Source: Elusimicrobiota bacterium (GTDB lineage: Bacteria > CG03 > SLGR01 > JAGXOG01). From it: a DNA stretch of 52,164 nt. The position numbers and the translations under genes were made by a program. Below the pieces are notes generated by a model. That model was not told the DNA's origin. It made no database searches and saw nothing but the letters and a program-made list of their open reading frames with translations. Shown here one piece after another: positions 46,213 to 52,164 of the stretch. The DNA lies in contig JBNJDT010000010.1 of NCBI GenBank assembly GCA_051745145.1, positions 1 through 52,164 on the forward strand, in the 5' to 3' direction. Numbering within the stretch: position 1 is the first letter of the stretch; every line of letters starts with the position of its first letter.

Positions 46213-48480
46213 ATGGACAGAACAGTATTTAATAAAAAGAATTTAAATTTGAGAAGAATAAAAAGCTGTATATTATTTTTTTTGATATACCTCTTTTTTA
46301 TATCTCCAGTTTACGGCAGAAAAATTGTCAGCTATTCTGTGGGGGGGCGCAAAGTAAGAGCCGTAGAGGGGGAACTTCTGGTAAAGTTCAGGGATAATAT
46401 ATCCGGGGAAAAAAGGAAGCAGTATATAAAAAATAAGGGGGCTGAAAAGACCGGAGAATTTAAAAGGATCGATGCTGTTAAACTGAAAGTGCCCGAAAAT
46501 ACTTTAGAGGATGTAATGAATGCCTTTAACAATAACCCGGATATAGAATTTGCCGAACCCAATATGATTTTAACGGCTCTTAAAAATATAAAATTGCCTT
46601 CCATATACAGTACAGAACAGGAATTAGAGGATAATCAATGGGGGCTTACCAAAATAGAGGCTCATTACGGATGGGATATAGAAACCGGTACCGGGGCCGT
46701 AATAGCCGTTATAGACAGCGGCGTTGATCTGGACCATCAGGATCTTGTAGGTAATATCTGGGAAAATTCCGATGAAACTGAAGATGGCTCTGATTCAGAT
46801 CTTAACGGGTATGCCGATGATATAAACGGCTGGGATTTTGTAGACGGAGATAGTGATCCCAACCCCGATCTTAATGATAACGAAGGTCATGGCACACACG
46901 TAGCCGGGATAGCCGCAGCAGCAGGCAATGTAGAAATTATAGGTGCTTCATGGGGAAATAAAATAATGGCTCTCAGAACTTTGGCTTATAACTCTGAGAT
47001 AAATAATGTAACCGGTGATACATCGGATCTTATAGAAGCTATCGGCTACGCTGCTGATAATAATGCCGATGTTATAAATATGAGCCTGGGTATGGATACG
47101 GATAACAGCGCATTGGATACAGCCGTGCAGGATGCTTACCAGTCCGGGTGTGTATTAGTTGCTTCCAGCGGTAACGATGATGAAAATAATATATTTTATC
47201 CTGCTCGCTACGAGGAAGTTATAGCAGTAGGGGCAACTAATAAATATGATGACCGGGTCTCTTCGCCTTACTGGGGTTCTAATTATGGGGATACGCTGGA
47301 TTTGATGGCCCCCGGAGCATATATTAACTCCACTGTTCCCGGTGACAGTTACGGGGAATGGTCCGGGACAAGTATGGCGGCGCCTTTTGTGGCTGGTATG
47401 GCCTCACTTATGATATCTTCCTACGGCCAGCTGGAACCCGCAGAAATAAAAGACAGGTTAATTCAGTCTGCAGATGATTTAAATGGGGCCGGATGGGACA
47501 TATATACCGGGTACGGTCGCATTAACTGCTATAAGGCCCTGACATCTTATATTTCAGTATCTCCTTCTTCTTTTGATATCCTAAATGTTGTGGATCAACC
47601 TCCTCCGGAAGACCGGGTAATTACCTTATCGTACACCGGCGGCGAAAAATCAACTTTTACCTGGACTGCCTCAAAAGAAGTGAACTGGTTTAGCCTCTCT
47701 CCTGCGTCCGGGACTTTAACTTATAAAGAAGAGCTTGATTTAAATATTTCTTTTGACATTGATGAACTGTCAACGGGGACATACAATGCGGACATAACTG
47801 TATTTTCAGAAGAATCCGCTGTCAGTACCAGAACCGTATCTGTTAATTTACAAAAAATCATTGCCGAGCCGGAGATTGTAGTGGATAAGAATATTATCAG
47901 ATTTTTTGCAGTAGAGCAAAATGATATGCCTGAAAAGTCTATAAGCATTAAAAACGACGGCGATAAATACTCCATATTAAACTGGAAGACGGATTCTGAT
48001 GCGGACTGGCTTGTACTTTCTTCCACATACGGAGCGTTGTCTTATGAAGATGAGATTGAATTAGATGCCTCAGTGGATTTAACCGGTCTCCAATCAAAAA
48101 ATTATGAGACGACATTAACGATATTTGACTCCACTGATACTACCCGGGAGTTTAAAGTAAATATAAAGGTATCCCGGTTAACTGAAGAAAAAGAAGAAGT
48201 AGCGATTGTCGGCGGCAGGCAGGGTTATGTGGATCCATCCAAAGAGGAATATGCCGAAATAATTTTTAATAGTTCTGAATCAGGTCGGGCAACGGCCAAG
48301 ATATTTGACCGCCTGGGCCGGTTAGTTTGGGAAAATACAAAAAATATTAATAGCGGGAATAACTATATTGAATGGGACTGCAAAAACAGTTACGGCGAAG
48401 TAGTTTCTTCCGGTATTTATATTTTACACATTACAGCTCCAAATATAGACACAACCAGGAAAATAGCGGTAGTAAGGTAA
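46213..48480 (+). CDS. S8 serine peptidase with two BACON-like Ig repeats and FlgD/T9SS-like CTD
   Basis: AVIDSG, HGTHVAG, GTSMAAP; two W....WF/WL..S..G.L repeats; KIFDRLGRLV..WDCKN..SGIY..KIAVVR. Start uncertain (46150 or 46213). Confidence 0.9.
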   Translation: MDRTVFNKKNLNLRRIKSCILFFLIYLFFISPVYGRKIVSYSVGGRKVRAVEGELLVKFRDNISGEKRKQYIKNKGAEKTGEFKRIDAVKLKVPENTLEDVMNAFNNNPDIEFAEPNMILTALKNIKLPSIYSTEQELEDNQWGLTKIEAHYGWDIETGTGAVIAVIDSGVDLDHQDLVGNIWENSDETEDGSDSDLNGYADDINGWDFVDGDSDPNPDLNDNEGHGTHVAGIAAAAGNVEIIGASWGNKIMALRTLAYNSEINNVTGDTSDLIEAIGYAADNNADVINMSLGMDTDNSALDTAVQDAYQSGCVLVASSGNDDENNIFYPARYEEVIAVGATNKYDDRVSSPYWGSNYGDTLDLMAPGAYINSTVPGDSYGEWSGTSMAAPFVAGMASLMISSYGQLEPAEIKDRLIQSADDLNGAGWDIYTGYGRINCYKALTSYISVSPSSFDILNVVDQPPPEDRVITLSYTGGEKSTFTWTASKEVNWFSLSPASGTLTYKEELDLNISFDIDELSTGTYNADITVFSEESAVSTRTVSVNLQKIIAEPEIVVDKNIIRFFAVEQNDMPEKSISIKNDGDKYSILNWKTDSDADWLVLSSTYGALSYEDEIELDASVDLTGLQSKNYETTLTIFDSTDTTREFKVNIKVSRLTEEKEEVAIVGGRQGYVDPSKEEYAEIIFNSSESGRATAKIFDRLGRLVWENTKNINSGNNYIEWDCKNSYGEVVSSGIYILHITAPNIDTTRKIAVVR

Positions 48481-48482
48481 TT

Positions 48483-49412
48483 ATGAAAACAAGAGTTTCA
48501 AAAATCTGTTGTATACTGGCAATAATATTTTCAATTTCCGGAAGGTTTTTATATGCTTCGGATGTGGCCGGTCCCGGCAGCTCGGCTGTACTTACGCTTT
48601 TAGAACCGTTCTCGGCGGCGGGAACCGGAAAAAGCAATGCCGTAGTGTCTGATTTGGGTGAGGCGGCGTTAATTAACAAAAATCCGGCTTCATTAAACTG
48701 GTTATCCCGATCCCAGAGTTCTTTTATGTACCGCAGGGGAATAGATGCGGATAATTACATTGCATTTGTTACAGGTATTCCCCTGAAATACGATGCTGTG
48801 GGTATGGGAGTGCAGTATTATTCAACCGGGGATATTTCATTGTATGATCTACAGGGGGATAAAATAACGGGAGTTGGACAAAGAGATACCGTAATACACC
48901 TGGCGGCGGCGACATCTAATTTTAATATTGCTACGGGAATAAATTTAAAATGGATAAATTCTCAGGTTTTCGGTAAAACCGGTTCCGCGGTGGCAGTGGA
49001 TATAGGAAGTCAATATAAAGAAGAAAACTATAATTTTGGAATAGCAGTGAGAAATCTGGGAACAGATATCCGGTATTTAAATCATAAAGAGAAACTCCCT
49101 CTGAATATAGCGGTGGGCCTGTTATACACCGAAATGTATGATAAGGTGCATCTTTTTAAGGGGAATTTTGATGGACTTTATTATGTAAATGAAAAAGAGT
49201 ATGTTTTTCTCACCGGATTAGAGTATGTATACGATAAACAATTTGTTTTGAGAGGGGGGTATAAATACAATATAACGTCTCCCGGTGATCAGGACATTTT
49301 ACTGACAACGGGAGTAGGCTTTAATTTTAAAAATATAACCGTTGATTACGCCCTAAAGTTAGCCAAAAATATTGACTCACCCCATACAGTTTCCTTAGAT
49401 TACAGATTTTAA
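48483..49412 (+). CDS. PorV/PorQ family outer-membrane beta-barrel protein
   Basis: Signal peptide; NKNPASL, VDIG, VRNLG..LP, LRGGY, VDYA..HTVSLDYRF; 2 bp after the S8 stop. Confidence 0.8.
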   Translation: MKTRVSKICCILAIIFSISGRFLYASDVAGPGSSAVLTLLEPFSAAGTGKSNAVVSDLGEAALINKNPASLNWLSRSQSSFMYRRGIDADNYIAFVTGIPLKYDAVGMGVQYYSTGDISLYDLQGDKITGVGQRDTVIHLAAATSNFNIATGINLKWINSQVFGKTGSAVAVDIGSQYKEENYNFGIAVRNLGTDIRYLNHKEKLPLNIAVGLLYTEMYDKVHLFKGNFDGLYYVNEKEYVFLTGLEYVYDKQFVLRGGYKYNITSPGDQDILLTTGVGFNFKNITVDYALKLAKNIDSPHTVSLDYRF

Positions 49413-49480
49413 CTTACCAGGAACAGTATCCTCGTTTTTAGATTTAGTCCTTCCTCTCCCATCTTCTGCTCCAGACTGTA

Positions 49481-49510
49481 TTGAAAATATTGCCTGTAAT
49501 GTGGTACAAT
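49481..49510 (+). promoter_or_regulatory. Sigma70 promoter with extended -10 for the CHASE2 gene
   Basis: TTGAAA (49481-49486), 18 bp spacer, TGnTACAAT (-10 at 49505-49510); RBS GGAGGT upstream of ATG at 49553. Confidence 0.55.
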
Positions 49511-49552
49511 AAAAAAAATACCAACGTTCGTTCAGAAAAGATGGAGGTATAT

Positions 49553-50485
49553 ATGAAAAAAATAAATTGGCTAATTTTGGGGACGATGTTCTTATTGGCG
49601 GGGTGCTCCTCTCCCGATGTTGAAACTCAAACTCATCCAGTTCGGGATAAATCAGAGGATATAGTTCTGGTGATAGTAGATGATTATGATATAGAAGCCA
49701 TTGGTAGATGGCCCTGGAGACGATCTTATATAGCGTCTTTCCTGAATTTCTTACAAACGGGAGAGCCCCGGACAATTGTTCTGGATATTCTTCTTTCTGA
49801 GGAAAGTTATGAATCTGAAGATCTTATTTTAAAAGATGCCATAAAAAGTGCCGGGAATGTTTTTTTAGCCGCGTCTTTCAGAAAAAAAATTATGCCCGGC
49901 CGCCGGCCGGTAATTTATGAGGATAAATATAGACTCGATTCCGCTTTTTTTCAGGCTTTAGAACCGGTTCAAACCCGGGAAGCGCTCTTACCTCTTGAAG
50001 TATTCCGGGCGCCAGCTGAAGGAATGGGTTCGATCGCTATTTTCCCCCGTGAAGATGAACTTTTCAGGGAGTATCCTCTGGTTATCGATTACCGGGGAGA
50101 TGTAGTCCCTTCGCTGCCGCTGGTTGCGGTCTGTCATTATATGGGTATTTCGCCGGAGTCAGTTAAGAGTTTTCAAAGGGGTAGCGATTTTTCTATAAGT
50201 TTAGGTGAGCATAGCATACCCGTAAATTATGCGGGTGAATTTCTTTTCGACCTCCCTGAAAGAGGGGAGGGGTTTAATATATACCCGGCGCGTAGCATTA
50301 TAAATCTTTACAATAAAGATAAAGAAAAATTGAAAAATATTATGGAAGATAAACTAGTGTTTGTGGGAGCCAACGCTTCTGGCGTACAGGATACGGTGGC
50401 TACCGAACAATCTTTCTATTATCCCGGTGTGGAACTTATGGCCGGGGTAGCGGAGAACCTTTTAAATCATATAAGCCGGGAGTAA
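49553..50485 (+). CDS. Stand-alone CHASE2-domain lipoprotein
   Basis: Lipobox LAGC; IVLVIVDD..IGRWPWRRS..IVLDILLSE..KLVFVGA..PGVELMA..ENLL. Confidence 0.85.
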   Translation: MKKINWLILGTMFLLAGCSSPDVETQTHPVRDKSEDIVLVIVDDYDIEAIGRWPWRRSYIASFLNFLQTGEPRTIVLDILLSEESYESEDLILKDAIKSAGNVFLAASFRKKIMPGRRPVIYEDKYRLDSAFFQALEPVQTREALLPLEVFRAPAEGMGSIAIFPREDELFREYPLVIDYRGDVVPSLPLVAVCHYMGISPESVKSFQRGSDFSISLGEHSIPVNYAGEFLFDLPERGEGFNIYPARSIINLYNKDKEKLKNIMEDKLVFVGANASGVQDTVATEQSFYYPGVELMAGVAENLLNHISRE

Positions 50486-50560
50486 TTTTATATTGATTAA
50501 GTTTTGTAGGGATGGCCCGGAGAAGATGCCGGTTTAATAACAACCGCAGAAAACTACTAA

Positions 50561-50944
50561 TTATCTGTGTAGAATTTAGGACCGAAGATGAAGTTTATAA
50601 ATTCATCCTATCATCTGCCGTTAACATTAACAACAGGCCTGGGTTATAACTATGGAGCCTTTACTTTAGCATTAGATGCGGATTACGAACCCTTAGAAGA
50701 AGATTTTAAGCTATCATTGGGCAGTGAATGGCAACCTTTACAATTTTTAAGCATTCGGGGCGGATATTTTCTGAATATCCTAAAATCCGCAGTTTCAGAT
50801 CAAACTAATATATTATCGCCGCCGTCAAAAGGTTTGGGAGGGGGTATGGGCATAAATATTTCTAATTATTCTTTAAATTACGCAGTGGTTCCTTATTATA
50901 TTTTGGGCACCACGCAGAGAGTTAGTCTTACCGGAAAATTTTAA
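50561..50944 (+). pseudogene. C-terminal fragment of a PorV/PorQ family barrel gene
   Basis: In-frame LSV*NLGPKMKF..LPL..IRGGY..LNYA..TQRVSLTGKF; TAG at 50570 inside the conserved VxNLG motif; N-terminal half absent. Confidence 0.75.
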
Positions 50945-51261
50945 ATCCTTTTAGAATTACTCTACTGATTAAGCCAAAAAACCGATATTTTCAATAAAAG
51001 TATTTTTAAAAAGAATTTTTCATAAAGCAAAAGTAACTAATTTTTTATTTCTCTTATTTTTGACTAAAATAGGCCTCCAAAAGGTATAAGATACGATATT
51101 GTGTAATCGAATGTTTTATTCCTACTTTTTCACTGCTAGCAAAATTTATTATTTTTTTTATATTTTTGAGGGAAATATAGGTAAATTAAGATAAAAAAAA
51201 GTCATAACGGCGATTTCAGAGTAGTTTTACCTTAGGCTTGAAGCAATTCCAATTATCCTGG

Positions 51262-51522
51262 TTATTTTTTATAGTAACCCTCCCGAGTTCCAACTTTAAC
51301 AATTACTGCGGTATCGGAGTTTTTAATTATATATGTGGCTCTGTAATTTCCCAGGCGAAGTTTCCATAATCCAGAAAATTTACCTTTTAATTTTTCGCCG
51401 TCATAAATGTTATGAGTTAGCTTCTTTTCTATTTTCTTTTTAACTTTTCTTCGATACTGATGGTCTATTTTCTCAAAGTCTTTACTAACTGATTTTTTAT
51501 AGAGTATCTTATTTTTACTCAA
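51262..51522 (-). CDS. Type II toxin, RelE/ParE superfamily
   Basis: 86 aa, basic; KLKGKFSGLWKLRLGNYR..VKVGTREGYY; TTGA overlap with the antitoxin. Confidence 0.88.
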   Translation of the reverse strand: MSKNKILYKKSVSKDFEKIDHQYRRKVKKKIEKKLTHNIYDGEKLKGKFSGLWKLRLGNYRATYIIKNSDTAVIVKVGTREGYYKK

Positions 51523-51728
51523 ATTAATTCATCCATTTCTTCAGAAGTGATAACTTCATCTGTGGGATCTTGAATTCGATTCAAAGCTATTTCGTTTTCC
51601 TCTACTTCATTTAAGTAATTGTCAATAGCAGTACGAACAATATAACTCCGGCTGCGGTTTGTCTTTTTTGAAACTTCTTTAATTTTTTTTATCTCTTCCT
51701 CGGTAAATCTAAAAGACTGAGTCTTCAT
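51519..51728 (-). CDS. Ribbon-helix-helix (CopG-like) antitoxin
   Basis: MKTQSFRF..TNRSRSYIVRTAIDNYL with acidic tail; RBS AGGAGG before ATG at 51728. Confidence 0.85.
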   Translation of the reverse strand: MKTQSFRFTEEEIKKIKEVSKKTNRSRSYIVRTAIDNYLNEVEENEIALNRIQDPTDEVITSEEMDELI

Positions 51729-51793
51729 TGCTTTCCTCCTTTTTATTTTACTCGTTTCCAACTCTTTTCACAATAATATTAACATAAATAATG

Positions 51794-51824
51794 CTGTATT
51801 GCAAAGTATTATATCGTAATACAG
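51794..51824. promoter_or_regulatory. Inverted repeat over the -10 of the TA promoter (candidate autorepression operator)
   Basis: CTGTATTGC-N13-GTAATACAG (8/9 match) flanking a minus-strand TATAAT at 51808-51813. Confidence 0.5.
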
Positions 51825-51943
51825 ATACCTGTATGGAGTACCGGTGAGGTTTTTAAAATTTTTAGTGACAATAAACAAAATCTCTGATACAGGATTCAAA
51901 CCTAATACTAATCAATTCAAGAAACCAACATAAATCTTGAATT

Positions 51944-52164
51944 GTGTTCAAAAGGCCGAAAAAACACCTCGGAGACGGACTTATAGGAAGTGAAGAAAAA
52001 TGGAAAGCTTTTGAAAAAATAGATGAAGATAGAATAGGTGAGTATTATAAAGAACGACGGGGGATGGCACCTATTAAAGAGATAGCTGAAGATATGATAG
52101 GCACAAGGGATTTTGATATAGAAGATTTACAGAGTCGAAGCAGGAGACGAGAATTAAGCCGGCT
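51944..52164 (+). pseudogene. Possible fragment of a Y1/REP-associated tyrosine transposase C-terminus with DnaA-domain-IV-like HTH (runs off window)
   Basis: Open frame VFKRP..LIGSEEKW..IKEIAE..DIEDLQSRSRRRELSR, preceded by an in-frame TGA at 51938 and no RBS. Confidence 0.35.

Noticed and set aside
49395..49775. 126-aa minus-strand ORF
   Set aside because: Antisense to the CHASE2 gene and its promoter; no recognisable features.
50496..50535. REP-like GTAGGG..CCGG..CCGG element
   Set aside because: Weak stem and a single copy; CCGG is frequent here anyway.
50945..51261. ncRNA or antisense promoter in the AT-rich gap before the toxin
   Set aside because: No stable structure seen; TTGACT..TATAAG spacing (19 bp) is poor.
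1..52164. tRNA, rRNA, integrase or prophage genes
   Set aside because: No intergenic segment with such features; coding space is accounted for by other genes.

Overview
Bacterial chromosomal window, moderately AT-rich, from a diderm, probably anaerobic organism (outer-membrane barrels, rubrerythrin, CoA-dehydratase activase). The gene content resembles Elusimicrobiota or related uncultured lineages, but this is a tentative inference. Five blocks: (1) 1-5.5 kb, a FadL-like barrel and two pairs of secreted cargo with a FlgD/T9SS-like C-terminal domain (CTD), each followed by its own PorV/PorQ-like barrel gene. (2) 5.6-14.8 kb, a tightly coupled seven-gene putative DNA-uptake/processing operon: small membrane protein, ComEC-1 with a degenerate MBL domain, a helicase-less protein with two tandem 4-Cys PD-(D/E)XK (AddB/Cas4-like) nuclease domains, a stand-alone membrane-anchored ComEC-type MBL hydrolase, a HAMP-only protein, an SLBB-only ComEA-like protein, and ComEC-2. 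This is the best candidate for an undescribed system. (3) 14.7-33.4 kb, housekeeping: dusB, argBDGH-lysA-dapFAB-FAH-dapL, folK, gatCAB, rubrerythrin, YccA, LysE, U32. (4) 33.4-46 kb, minus strand: class B phosphatase, activase, orphan Cache kinase, degenerate alkaline-phosphatase-superfamily lipoprotein, glmU-like/glmM/glmS. (5) 46-52 kb, a third cargo-PorV pair, a stand-alone CHASE2 lipoprotein, a PorV pseudogene, an RHH/RelE toxin-antitoxin pair and a possible transposase remnant. No rRNA, tRNA or CRISPR array was seen. All calls are from reading motifs; no searches were run.
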